In this document: positions 1 to 10,754 of the stretch, piece by piece | How positions within the stretch are numbered: position 1 is the stretch's first letter | Layout: each line of letters starts with the position of its first letter | From: an uncultured Planctomycetota bacterium | GTDB taxonomy: Bacteria; Planctomycetota; Planctomycetia; Isosphaerales; Isosphaeraceae | Reading direction: 5' to 3' | Assembly: GCA_963823665.1 (NCBI GenBank) | Contig: CAWGMQ010000007.1 | Location: 32,001 to 96,000, forward strand | DNA length: 64,000 nt | Notes under the pieces: generated by a model | Database searches by the model: none | Seen by the model: only the letters and a program-made list of their open reading frames with translations | What the model was told of the DNA's origin: nothing | Position numbers and translations under genes: made by a program

Positions 1-1413
1 CACGAGCCGATCGGCACCGATTCCCTCCAGAAGAATCCGGCCGTTGTGATCGCTTGTCGCCGGGGGCTCGATTTTCGGCGGCGGGCCAGGCTCGCCGGGC
101 CGTGGGCCGGCTGCCCCTGGGCTTCCCGGCGATGCATCGGGCAGCTCGTGCCACGCCATCCAGATGTCATTGAACTCGCGCGCTGCGGATAGCCGGGCAA
201 AGAAGTGGCCAAGGTCACCTCCTTGCGGAGATTTGACGGCCAGCACCCAGAAGTGCGCGCCAGCGACAGGCTGGCCCTGGGCATCGACAATGCGGCCGCG
301 GGCGTCAGTTGTGCCGTCCGCAGGCCCAGCGATCGCGCCCGCTGGCCTCCACGTCGGACCAGTGGCCTGGCCTGCATTCGACCACATGGCGGCCTCGAGG
401 CTGTCCTCGATCGAGTGGTTCGGCGCCGGTGGAGTGCGCCAGGAAGTGGGCGTCGTCCCGATGGCTGCCGGGCCAGGCGTCGGCGTTTGACCGGGCACTG
501 CGGCGAGACGCTGCCGCGCGAGCGTGGCTCCGCCGATCGAAACAATGCCGAAAACCACGACCGCGATTCTCGATCCTGTAATCCAGTCTGTCATCATCGT
601 CGCCAGTGCTACTTTCACGATGGAAGTAATGCGAGCCGTCGTCGCGGCGGCCAAAGCCGCGCGCTGTGTCGCCACGATCTTGAACGCCGCTCGGAGCGTC
701 GCGTCCTGCCATGCGGAAGTCATCGCTGCCCTGGCTGCCGGGACGGCAGAGCCAAGGGCAGTGAGGCCCGCCGAAAGCGTGACACCGCGGCGCAACAGGC
801 GGGAACGGAGTTGCTCCTGTCCGCGAGCCAGGCGGCTCTGGACCGTTCCGACGGGCCAGCCGAGCTTCTTCGCGGCCATCTCGCGGGTGAGGCCTTCGAG
901 ATGGCAAAGCACGATCGGCTCCCGGAACTTTTCGGGAAGCTGGCCGAGCTCCTCGTGGACCTCCTGCCAGGAAGGCTCGTCTTCCTTGGTTCGGCTGTCG
1001 ACGGCTCGCGCCCGATTATCAGCGACCAGCCGCTCATGCCCACGCCTCCGCGCGGCGGCGGTCCTGGCCTTGGCGGCGGTGCGAAGCGCAACTCCGTGCA
1101 GCCAGCTCGCGAGTGAGCCGTGGCACCGGATCGATCGGGCACGACTCGCGAGAACCAAAAACACGGTTTGCGCGGCATCTTGCGCGTCGTCGTGGTTCCC
1201 GAGCACCTGCCGGCACACGCGCAGCACCATCGGCCCGTGACGATCAATGAGAGCCGAGAATGCGGCTTCTGCTTCTGCTTGTTCTCCCTCTTCTCGGTGC
1301 CTCGCGACGAACAGGTTCAGAAGCTGACCGTCGGGCAACGAGCCGGAGGCAACGCCCACGGTGAAGAGTCTTTGAAGATGCTCGATCACAGCCCCTCCTC
1401 GCTCTGCCGCCAT
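1..1413 (-). CDS. ECF RNA polymerase sigma factor with transmembrane segment and C-terminal extension (3' end runs off the window)
   Basis: Manual translation from ATG 1413: MAAERGGAVIEHLQRLF...AFSALIDRHGPMVLRVCRQVLGNHDDAQDAAQTVFLVLA (region 2), LPEKFREPIVLCHLEGLTREMAAKKLGWPVGTVQSRLARG (region 4), hydrophobic segment, then RGRIVDAQGQPVAGA. No stop seen before base 1, so it is absent from the ORF track. Confidence 0.9.
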   Translation of the reverse strand, partial: MAAERGGAVIEHLQRLFTVGVASGSLPDGQLLNLFVARHREEGEQAEAEAAFSALIDRHGPMVLRVCRQVLGNHDDAQDAAQTVFLVLASRARSIRCHGSLASWLHGVALRTAAKARTAAARRRGHERLVADNRARAVDSRTKEDEPSWQEVHEELGQLPEKFREPIVLCHLEGLTREMAAKKLGWPVGTVQSRLARGQEQLRSRLLRRGVTLSAGLTALGSAVPAARAAMTSAWQDATLRAAFKIVATQRAALAAATTARITSIVKVALATMMTDWITGSRIAVVVFGIVSIGGATLARQRLAAVPGQTPTPGPAAIGTTPTSWRTPPAPNHSIEDSLEAAMWSNAGQATGPTWRPAGAIAGPADGTTDARGRIVDAQGQPVAGAHFWVLAVKSPQGGDLGHFFARLSAAREFNDIWMAWHELPDASPGSPGAAGPRPGEPGPPPKIEPPATSDHNGRILLEGIGADRLV

Positions 1414-1966
1414 GTCGGGCTCCTCTTGACGGCGCCGGATGTCGCGTTGTAGTGCCCGGCCGGGTTCGGATTGGTCCGGGATTCTCGGAAAAATCTCTCG
1501 CGCTCAATCGACCGGACGCGAGCACGCGGCGGCCAACGCGACAAAAGCGCGGCCACCGCCGCGAATTCCGAGGCACGTACTCAGACTGACGTTTACATAA
1601 AGCGTTCGTAGCGAAGGGTTTGTTATTGTGGTGGCTTGCTGCACATTGATTCAACTCTCCCGCGGGGCACGGAAGGGTTCCGGCGTGAATCAACCGCCCA
1701 CGCAAACCGCCATCCCTTCGGTAAGGTCACGACACGGCCGCGAACAGAAGCACAGCGCCCGCCGTCGCCCGGCATGCCTCGTCGCCGTCGTAACCCGATC
1801 CGCCTGTGCAATCGGAACATTTCGCGATGGAATTCCCCATTCCGGCGTGGAAATCGCTGAGGAGACATGTCGCACCCGGCCGCGTGGGATCTTATGATGA
1901 TTCTCTGCTGCCCGAACACATGAGTCACACCATCGTTCTGCGCAGGTTGTCGAGCCCGAGGAGATC

Positions 1967-3662
1967 ATGTCACCCGATTCGCGAAAACCGGTCTGGCTTG
2001 CCGTCATGATTGTGCTGGCGGGGTTTGCTCCGCCCCAGGCCCCGAAAACGGCTCTGGAAAACATCCAGCCGAACCAGATACTCGAGCACATCAAGGTCAT
2101 GGCTTCGGACGATTACGAGGGCCGCGGGCCGGGAACGCCGGGTGAGGAAAAGTCCGTTGCCTACGTGGCTGGCCAGTTTCAGAAGTTGGGTTTGAAGCCC
2201 GGGAATCCCGATGGAACTTTTTTCCAGACCGTTCCCTTGACCGGCTTTCAGGCCAAGCAAGTGACCGGCTCCTTCGCCGCCGGCACGAAGAATGTCGCGC
2301 TCTCCTTTCCCAACGATTTTGTCGCCGTCTCCCGGCGGATGGCCGAGGAAGTGAAGGTCGGTGGCGATTCCGACGTCGTCTTCGTCGGTTACGGTGTGGT
2401 CGCGCCCGAATTTGGCTGGGATGACTACAAGGGGTTCGACGTTCGCGGCAAGACACTCATCATGCTGGTCAACGACCCAGCCGTTCCCGATCCAAAAGAC
2501 CCGTCGAAGCTCGACCCGGCCGCCTTCCGTGGCCCGGCGATGACTTACTACGGGCGCTGGACATACAAATATGAGATTGCGTCTGAAAAGGGTGCCGCGG
2601 CCGCGATCCTCGTCCACGAAACCGGCCCCGCGGGGTATCCCTTCGAAGTGGTGAAGGGAAGCTGGAGCCGCGAAAACTTCGACATCGCTTCGCCCGCGAC
2701 GGCCCAGACGCCGGCTCGCGTCGCGGTCGAGGGGTGGATCTCGCTCGAGAAAGCCCAGGAGCTTTTCCAGGCCTGCGGGCGCGACTTTCAATCGCTCAAG
2801 CAGACCGCCACGAAGCGAGACTTTCGCCCTGTGCCGCTGGGCTGCAAGGGCAAGTTCTCGATCACCAACGTGCTTCGCGACGTGAAGTCACGGAACGTGA
2901 TCGCCAGGCTCGAAGGCTCGGACGCGGTCCTGAAGAACGAGACAGTGATCTACACCGCGCACTGGGACCATCTCGGCCGCGACCCTGCCCTCACCGGTGA
3001 CCAGATCTACAACGGCGCCGCCGACAACGCCTCCGGCGTCGCCGCCATCCTCGAAATCGCCCGCGCGCTGCCAGAAGGTCAACCCTGCTCCCAAGCGATC
3101 GATCCTCTTCCTGGCCGTGACGGCTGAAGAGAAAGGACTGCTAGGGGCGAAGTACTACGCCGCCCATCCCCTCTATCCGCTCGAGCGCACTCTCGCCGAC
3201 ATCAACCTCGATGTGATAAACCTGTGGGGCCGGACCAAGGATCTGATTTCGATCGGCATGGGCCAGTCCACGCTCGATGACATGCTGGTCGAAATCGCCA
3301 GGGAAGACGGCCGCACCGTCACCCCCGACGCCAACCCCGAGAAGGGCTACTATTACCGCTCCGACCACTTCGAATTCGCCAAGCAGGGTGTGCCCGCCAT
3401 CGACCCCAAAGGGGGAAGAGACTACATTGGCAAGCCGGCGGATTTTGGCCAGAAGAAAGTCGATGAATACACAGCCAACGACTATCACAAGGTGACCGAC
3501 CAGGTGAAGCCCGACTGGGATTTGAGCGGCGCGGCCGAGGACGCGACGATTCTGGCCGAGCTGGGATTTCGCGTGGCCCAGGCGGACCGATTCCCTGAAT
3601 GGAAGCCCACGAGTGAATTCCGCGCCAAACGAGAGGCCATGCTGAAGGCGACCAAGCCCTGA
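1967..3662 (+). CDS. M28 family metallopeptidase with PA domain (frameshift near 3065)
   Basis: Signal peptide; [31 protein letters not shown] in ORF 1967..3127; [31 protein letters not shown] in ORF 2997..3662. Confidence 0.9.
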
Positions 3663-3663
3663 A

Positions 3664-5538
3664 ATGAACCGGCGATGGGTTTCTCTTGCCCTCGGTGCGG
3701 CAGTAGCCGTTGTGGCCGCTGCTGCCGCCTGGCTGGATCTCCGGTACGGCTGGATCACGCCGGTCTTCGACGCCATTGCCCATCAATTCTATGAGGTCCC
3801 CCTCCTCGCGCGGATCCGCCGCCCGTCCCAGCTCGTGCTCGTTCGCTGGCACCTCGCAATTGGATCGATCTTGCTCGCTCTGGGACTGGCATCGATCGGT
3901 TGGCTGAACAGCCACTGGCGCCGCTGGCTCGCGGTCTTCGCGCTCGGATACGCCATTCGCGCCGCCATCTGGATTTGCGGCGGCAATCTGCCGCTCGTGC
4001 CGGGTGATACCTGTCATTACCTCGAAATCGGCACGTCGGTGCTCCGCGGCGAGGGCCCGGTGAAGCATTATGTTGGCAGCTTCTTCCGCGATTACCGTCA
4101 CATCCGCGAAAACCGCGGCGGCCTCGACGACTGGGATACTCCGCTCGACGCGTACTTTCGTGCGTTTTCCTTCCGCATCGCCGGCCTCACGCCCGATTCA
4201 CCCATCGAGGCTCGAATCGCCGCCGCCAAGGCATGCAGCTTCGTCATCAACATCCTCTGCCTGCCGGCGCTCTACATGTTCGCGCGACGACGATACGACG
4301 AGCGGGTGGCTCTCGGCGCGATGGCTGCACTCGCAGTGCTGCCGGTGCATGCGATCTATGCCGGCTTCGTGCTCCGAGAGAGCCTGGTGGCGCTGACGTC
4401 GATTCTGGCTGTCTGGGCCCTCACCGAAGTCTGGAGCACCGCAAATGGGCACAAGGCGATCTGGGGCTGGGCGTTCATCGCCGGGCTCTGCGGCGGGCTC
4501 GCGGTGATGGCGCGCACGACCGGCCTCGCACTCCTCGCGGGCGCGGGCCTCTTCGGTCTCGTTGCTCACGGCCGGCGACGCTTCTTCCCTCTCATGCTCT
4601 GGGGCCTCGTCATCGTTGCGGTCTGCCTGCCCTGGGCGTGGGCGACATGGATCGAAAATGAATCGCCGTTCTATTCAATCACCCAGCACTTTGAATTCAA
4701 CTTCTCGTGGACCGTCCACCATTACGATAAGGGCAATTTGGAAGCGTCGCAGTTCTACACGATAGAGAATCTGCCGGAGATCGTGCGGGTGAAGATCAAG
4801 TCATTGCTCTTGATCCCCGTCGTGTCGACCATGATCGTCGGGCTGCCGATCGTCGTGGGCTTCTGGCGACGGCTCTTGACCAGCGAAGGCAACGGCCGCG
4901 AAACGGCGATCCTGGTCGCGACCATCTTTGTCGTGTTCGTTCTGGCGACCCTCAAACGCGTTGCTGATGTCACCCAGGTCTCGCAGCTCGGGCGATACTA
5001 CATGCCCGTCTTTGTGCTGGCGTTGCCGTCGGCGGTCTCCGGCATAACGGGATGGCTGGACTCGCTGGCCGACGGGAAACGCGTGGCCCGTTGGCTTGCC
5101 CTGACTTTCTGCTCGCTCGTCTGGGCAGACCCAACCTGGGCCTACGACGCCTCGTGGCTGACAAAACGCTTTCAGCTTCATTGGCCCGCACTGCGCAGCG
5201 CAGGCGAGTGGATCCAGGCCAATCCGTCCCGCGTTTCCCCCCAGGCGCGGATCATGACGTGGTTTCCGTGGGAGCTGCGCGTCACATCCGATCGCACCAC
5301 GATCCTCATGCCCAGAAACTACGATGCGAAAAGAATACAGGAGGTGATTCGCCAGTATGGAGTGACCCACATCCTGTGGGGATCATTCGAGCCGCCGCCG
5401 TATTATGAAATCAATCCCGAATCGTGGGCCCTCGCGCTCGACGATCTTCGAGCAGCCCTCGGCTTGATCGACGCGCGCGAGGTGTATCGATCGAGCAACG
5501 AGCTTCTCTTTCCGGTCCGTCTGTATCGCCTCCCGTAG
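3664..5538 (+). CDS. ArnT/PMT-like (GT-C fold) integral membrane glycosyltransferase
   Basis: 624 aa polytopic membrane protein; PGDTCHYLEIG acidic motif after the first helices; typical C-terminal soluble domain. Confidence 0.7.
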   Translation: MNRRWVSLALGAAVAVVAAAAAWLDLRYGWITPVFDAIAHQFYEVPLLARIRRPSQLVLVRWHLAIGSILLALGLASIGWLNSHWRRWLAVFALGYAIRAAIWICGGNLPLVPGDTCHYLEIGTSVLRGEGPVKHYVGSFFRDYRHIRENRGGLDDWDTPLDAYFRAFSFRIAGLTPDSPIEARIAAAKACSFVINILCLPALYMFARRRYDERVALGAMAALAVLPVHAIYAGFVLRESLVALTSILAVWALTEVWSTANGHKAIWGWAFIAGLCGGLAVMARTTGLALLAGAGLFGLVAHGRRRFFPLMLWGLVIVAVCLPWAWATWIENESPFYSITQHFEFNFSWTVHHYDKGNLEASQFYTIENLPEIVRVKIKSLLLIPVVSTMIVGLPIVVGFWRRLLTSEGNGRETAILVATIFVVFVLATLKRVADVTQVSQLGRYYMPVFVLALPSAVSGITGWLDSLADGKRVARWLALTFCSLVWADPTWAYDASWLTKRFQLHWPALRSAGEWIQANPSRVSPQARIMTWFPWELRVTSDRTTILMPRNYDAKRIQEVIRQYGVTHILWGSFEPPPYYEINPESWALALDDLRAALGLIDAREVYRSSNELLFPVRLYRLP

Positions 5539-5610
5539 CACGTGTGCGAGCTCGTTTGCTCACCGGCCGCGCTTCGGGCCCGCTCGAAGAGTCCGGAGGT
5601 TCGTTTTCCG

Positions 5611-7447
5611 ATGCGCTGGTCGCGCCTGGTGCTCCTGATCCTTCTTATCTTTGACGTCTGGTACCGCGCGCATACGTTCGGGCCGCAAGTGCGCGATGCG
5701 CTTCATGTCAACCTCTGGCCGTCGACAGTCGGCGCCAGCGAGCCGCTTGACTGTGACGAGGCCGCCTATGCCTACATCGGGCATCGCGTCAACCGAGGCG
5801 CCGTTCTCTATCGCGACGTGACCGAGAACAAGACCCCGCTCGGCTACTGGCTCTATGCCCTGGCCGTTCTCGTCGGCGGTTACAACGAGCTGACGATCCG
5901 CATCATGCCGATTCCGTTCGTGCTCCTGACGATCACCCTCGTCTGGTGGATCGCCGGCCGGTTGGGCGGCCAGATATCGGCATGTCTCGCTGCCGCGCTC
6001 TATGTCCTTATGAGCACCGACCCTTACCTGTTCGGCAACGGTGCCAACCTCGAGCACTTCGTCAATCTGTTCACGGTTTCCTCGCTCGCGTTGCTGATCT
6101 ATGCCTGGGACCGCCCCAAACGCTGGCCTCTGTTCGCCGCCGGCGCCAGCTCTCGCCGCCGCCGCACTCGTGAAGCAATTCGCATTCCTTCCCATCGTCG
6201 TCGTCGTGCCAGCGCTTCTTCTCCGAGCCAGGCAGGGTTGGTTCTCGAAAAATCACGGTTTGATTTCCGACCCCGCCCCGCGGCCATCCCCAACCCCCAT
6301 TTCCCCCCCTTTAGAAGGGGGGGCCAGGGGGGGTGACCCCCGCGCGGTATCATCACAAAAGGTCCGCGCAATCATCGACATCACAGTTTTCGCGCTAGGC
6401 GTATCCTCAATCGCAGCACTTGCCGCCGCCGTCCTGGTTGCCCAAGGCGCGGGCCGAGACGCCGTCGACGACATCTTCTACTACGGCCGAGCCCTCGCAA
6501 CCGATACCCTCCCCGAGCCGGGTGCGCCGCCGGCCATTTATCGTTGGATCACCGGCAATGCCGACCCGCAGGGACGCCTCCCCTGGCCGTTCGGAGCCAC
6601 CGAGTACCTCGTCTGGTGGGGCACGTCGAGCTGGCCGTTCTGGCTCGCGTCGACTCCCGCGATTGCCTACCTCCTGTTAGCGGCCAGGACAACTCCCACG
6701 CGAAGGCTTGCGGCCACCTGGGCAATCGCCGCCTGGGCCCAGGTGGCCCTGCCGGGCCTCTACTGGCAGCACTACTATCTTCTACCAATCGCCGGAGCCG
6801 CGATCGCCGTTGCCGTGTGCATCGCCGACGCAACCCGGCGCCTGTCCCAGGTCTTTCGTCCGGCCTCGAAGAACGACCGGCACATTCGCAAAGCGCTCCT
6901 CGCCCTGGTGTCTGCTCCATTCCTCTTGCTCGCCTTGGGCGCCACAGCCTATCTCGAGATCCGCGACTACTTGCTGGTCGAGCCCGAACAGCTCACCATC
7001 CGCTACAAGGGCGGCGGCCAGTGGGTCGTGCTGCGCCAGATGGGGCGCGATCTCAGCCGCCGCGGCCGGATCTGGAACAATCCTCACCTCTACATCTGGG
7101 GCTGGCAAAGCCCTCTTCACTTCTACGGGCGAATGGATAGCCCAACGCGCCATTTCTTCGTCGACAACCTGCTGCGCGACCAGGCCGATCGCGATCACTT
7201 GCTGATCCGCCCGCGCACCGAGGAGATCATCGCCACCCTGAAGCGCAGCCCACCCGAGCTGATCTTCACGGGTTACCCGCCGTTCGAATCGCTCCAGGCA
7301 TTTCTGAACGATCGATACTTCCCTTCCGGCATGGCGCCCGGATTATGGGTGCGCCGTGAGGATTTCGGGCGATTCGAAACGCAACGCGGCGGCCCCACGC
7401 GCGGACGCAGCAAAGGAAACGCGTCTCAGACCAACGGCGAGGGCTGA
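5611..7447 (+). CDS. ArnT/PMT-like (GT-C fold) glycosyltransferase (frameshift near 6150)
   Basis: DCDEAAYAYIG, LYRDVTENKTPLGYWLY, GANLEHFVNLF in ORF 5542..6336; continues ALVKQ...YWQHYYLL...LYIWGWQSPLHFY in ORF 6101..7447. Confidence 0.8.
6303..6334 (+). repeat. C7/G7 palindromic element inside a coding sequence
   Basis: CCCCCCCTT-TAG-AAGGGGGGG-CCA-GGGGGGG-T, read in frame as SPPLEGGARGG. Confidence 0.6.
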
Positions 7448-8502
7448 AGCGGATCCCACCCCGGCCGGAGCTCCTGCACGTTTGAGCTGACATCGCCCAG
7501 CCCGGGTTCGCCGCACTCGGAGTGCCGCGTGCAAAGCCCCCAGCTCATCGAGCGATTGTGCACGATCTCCGAAATAACCCACCCCGTGTTCTGCACAATT
7601 TCTTCGCAATCAGCGCGACTCATGTAATGCGCCACCGGCGTCAGTGCATGGTCGAAGACGATCGCATGGACTTTTCGCACGCGAAACGAGGCTAGCCAGC
7701 GGATGTATCGAGAGTACGGCAGACGAATTCCCAGCCAGGGAATTTGATAGACAGTTCGTGCGCATAACTGCAACGGAACGGCGACGAGCCAGGAGAAGAC
7801 GTTGAGAATCCCCAGCGGCAGGCGCGACGTGACAGCTCGAATCGGGTTGATGAAGTAAATGATCCAACCGTTCCCTTCACGCCCGTAAACCCACACCTGA
7901 AACCAGCCCGTGTGTTTCACATTGCACACGAGCGCGCGAAATCCACGCCCGGGCTCGGGTAGGTGATGCAGCACCCCTAGCGAATAAGCTGCGTCGAACG
8001 CCCCATTCGCAAACGGCGGGAAGTAAATATCGCCCTGAACGATCGAGATGCCCGGCACACGTCGCGTGTTCTCAAACGCCGCTTCGACGGCATCTCCCAG
8101 GTCCAGACCGATCACGGCTTTGGCACCAAAATGGCTCGCGATCACCGCATGACGCCCCATTCCACATCCGGCTTCGAGCACGGCAAGTCCCGAGAGATCT
8201 TCGAGCCGTCGAGGCTCGAACCACGTCCGCAGGCTTTCCACCTCTTCATGAAAATCGAACTCGCGAAAATGGTTCCATTCGTAACCGAACCGCGCGGCAA
8301 CGCGCTCGCGCAACTTCGATCGAGCGGCCGGGTCCGGAAGCAGTCGCGGCACACCATCACTCACCGGGTAGCTTGCGGCGCAACACTCGCACCGGAGCGA
8401 CCCCTCCATGACGTGTCCTTCATCAACGGTGTACGGCTCGTCCAGACCGAGCGGCCCGCCGCATCGCGGACAAGCGAGGTAAACGAGATGCTCGATCCTC
8501 AT
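7426..8502 (-). CDS. Class I SAM-dependent methyltransferase with N-terminal Trm112-like zinc domain
   Basis: LACPRCGG...LRCECCAASYPVSDGVPRLL; VLEAGCGMGRH; FDAAYSLGVLHHLPEP. Confidence 0.9.
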   Translation of the reverse strand: MRIEHLVYLACPRCGGPLGLDEPYTVDEGHVMEGSLRCECCAASYPVSDGVPRLLPDPAARSKLRERVAARFGYEWNHFREFDFHEEVESLRTWFEPRRLEDLSGLAVLEAGCGMGRHAVIASHFGAKAVIGLDLGDAVEAAFENTRRVPGISIVQGDIYFPPFANGAFDAAYSLGVLHHLPEPGRGFRALVCNVKHTGWFQVWVYGREGNGWIIYFINPIRAVTSRLPLGILNVFSWLVAVPLQLCARTVYQIPWLGIRLPYSRYIRWLASFRVRKVHAIVFDHALTPVAHYMSRADCEEIVQNTGWVISEIVHNRSMSWGLCTRHSECGEPGLGDVSSNVQELRPGWDPLQPSPLV

Positions 8503-8835
8503 CGACACCAATCCCCGGGTTCAAACTCTCCCAATCGACCCCGCGCGGCGTAGCCCATTCTTCGCAACTTTATCGGAGATGGCAATGTCCAGAACGCGCC
8601 AATGTCGCCCTTCGGCGAGGGCGAGGGTTGTCACGAATCGCAGCTCGACCACTGCGATCGACAAGCTGTCACGCGACGAACCAACAATCAACGTTCCTCG
8701 TCTGTCATCACAAATCGGGAGCCGATTGCAGCAAGGCAACGGTGATCGCGCAACCCCGTCGAGAACGGAGCCAGGACTTCGGCGCCTGCAAAACCACTGA
8801 ATTGCGTCATATCCTTACCACTATTGGATTTAAGT

Positions 8836-8993
8836 GTGACGATGGAATAATCGGAACCCGGGGGTTTATCGTCGTAAACAATGATTCGACTGGCATTTAG
8901 GGCGTGACGATGGAATATTCGGAACCATGCCCATTTCGGATGTAACACCGTGTGGTGACTAAAGTTATGGCGTGACGATGGAATATTCGGAAC
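8836..8993 (+). repeat. Three direct repeats GTGACGATGGAATA(A/T)TCGGAAC with exact 68-bp period
   Basis: Copies at 8836-8857, 8904-8925, 8972-8993; the 46-nt intervening sequences differ. Confidence 0.85.
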
Positions 8994-9064
8994 ACCGGCT
9001 TCTAGACATTGGCACTGAATCCGAGTCCTGGCGGGTCCATTTTTTGGTCTCCGCCCAGGGAAGA

Positions 9065-9127
9065 GTTCGTTTTGTAGATTTGCCGCGCGTCCTTACGCCA
9101 CAAGGACTATGGGAACGCACTCGCTCG
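9065..9127 (+). repeat. Dispersed ~60 bp core repeat, copy A
   Basis: GTTCGTTTTGTAGATTTGCCGCGCGTCCTT-ACGCCAC-AAGGACTATGGGAACG; matches copies at 10074, 17990, 26558, 26797. Confidence 0.85.
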
Positions 9128-9212
9128 CTCCAGGAAACGAGTCATGGGCCGAACTCGAGGCCTGGTTCAAGGGAACCAAGGGTAGGGTCATACACGCGAT
9201 GGATCGCAGCCC

Positions 9213-9233
9213 GTAGGGTGGGTGCAACCCACC
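9213..9233 (+). repeat. GTAG-type REP-like palindrome
   Basis: GTAG-GGTGGGT-GCA-ACCCACC; degenerate inverted copy at 18701-18720. Other GTAG-headed hairpins at 9585-9607 (+) and 9702-9724 (-). Confidence 0.6.
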
Positions 9234-9985
9234 GGCCTCTTTGGCTGCCCGACGGACCGCCAGAGGGGTCCAAAACATAGTGAACAACACGAGAGTTTCC
9301 CGGTGGCGCTTTGTGCTCACCAGCGCCACGAAGGCTTTTTGATCGTCAGAAGGCATGGAGATCATATCTTATCCCCTGGCACCAATCTGACTTGTGGATC
9401 GACGTAGCCCATTGTTTACGACCATTCATACATGGCGCATTGTGGCGCAAAGTGGCGCTTTTTCGAGAGTTTCAAGCATCCGTACACAGGTGTAAATCCC
9501 GTATCCCGAAAGCGGCCAACGGCCGCCAGCCGTCACCCGTTGAACGGTGCTCATTGGAGTCGGAATCATGCTCAGTCCTCGAAAGTAGGTCAGGCTTTCA
9601 GCCGGACGTTCTGTAGATCACGCGGTCAGCCTCGCACCAGAGCACCTTGCGCGTCGATTTCCCGGTTGGTGGCGTTGATCCCCCGGTTGAAGCACCGCCG
9701 AGCCGGCGCACCGAGCGCTCCTACCCAAGATGATCTACAAAATCCTCGTTCCAGTTGCCAAAAAGATGTGGAATTCGCCCGTATTGAGTGAGATTTTCTC
9801 CGTCCACCGTGACGGAGGCCCAGGCGCAGCCCGCGCGGGCGCCGCGCAAAGAGAAGACCATGCGAGCACGGCCGGCCTACGGCCGCGAGGGGCGCACGCG
9901 GCCCATGATGGAGGTGCCGGCGCAGCCGGCGGTGGGATGCCGCGAAAGGGGAAGGCCACGCGCGCGAGTGTCGCTGGCGGAGGCG

Positions 9986-10021
9986 GCTCCGACTCGTACT
10001 CGTACTCGTACTCCCGCTCTT
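9986..10021 (+). repeat. Hexamer microsatellite (ACTCGT-type)
   Basis: GCTCCG ACTCGT ACTCGT ACTCGT ACTCCC GCTCTT. Confidence 0.8.
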
Positions 10022-10073
10022 TCTCTGCGTCCCGCCCTCAACGCCGCCCATTCCCCCGACCGCTGACAAGCCA

Positions 10074-10125
10074 GTTCGTTTTGTACATTCGTCGCGCGTC
10101 CTTACCCAGTAAGGACTAAGAGAAC
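10074..10125 (+). repeat. Dispersed core repeat, copy B
   Basis: GTTCGTTTTGTACATTCGTCGCGCGTCCTT-ACCCAGT-AAGGACTAAGAGAAC. Confidence 0.85.
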
Positions 10126-10350
10126 AGACGAGCCCATTGTCGCCCTTCGGTCCGCGAAGGGTCATGACGGCATGTTGGGCGCGGTTGTTTCTCGCGGTCG
10201 ATTTGCATTCTTGTCCCCGGCCTCGTATGACGGAAAAGCGACTGGTATGACAGAGAATTGACTGCGCGCTTCTGGCATGATCAGATTCAGACGTACAACG
10301 TTTTCCAGTCAAGGCAGACTGGTTGCTGTGGTGGTCGTGGGGGAGATCTG

Positions 10351-10542
10351 GAAGGCCAAAACAACAAGGCCCAGCGGCAACGCCCTGCGTGTCCAATGCA
10401 ACGCACTGGGCGTCCAATCGCGCCCCTCGCCCCGACTCCGGTGTCGGTGGTCGAGATTCACCTATTTATAATATGGATCAACTTTCGCGATTCGGCCATT
10501 TAAGCGGCCAGAAAATCTAGACTTTTTATTCCGATCGCAACG
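10351..10542 (+). repeat. ~200 bp dispersed non-coding repeat, copy 1 (copy 2 at 29910-30122)
   Basis: Colinear blocks AAGGCCAAAA..GCCCAG.GGCA.CGCC.TG.GTGTCCAATGCA, GCCCCTCGC.CCGACTCCGGTGTCGG, TCGAGATT, TCGCGATTCGGCCATTT, CCAGA.AATCT. Confidence 0.8.
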
Positions 10543-10754
10543 AATCCAGCGATCAATGCAATCGCGACCCCCGAATCGAAAGCCAACGCGCGTTCTCAAT
10601 TTCGTCGCACCACCCGCCACCCGCAAGTAGGCTAAGTCGGCGCCATGCACTCAAGGCGCTGACGCGTGCCAACGCCCCCCGCCACGCCGCCACGAGTGAG
10701 GCCATCCAGTGAAACCTCTGCTCAACGCGCCGGCCGAGAACATTGTCGGCATTC

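Noticed and set aside
1595..1625. Possible further degenerate TAA-N19-TT palindromic site
   Set aside because: Too diverged from the core consensus to count as a copy.
8836..8993. Formal CRISPR array call
   Set aside because: Only three repeats, no cas genes in the window, no clear leader, and the spacers share positional motifs; kept as a repeat and a finding.
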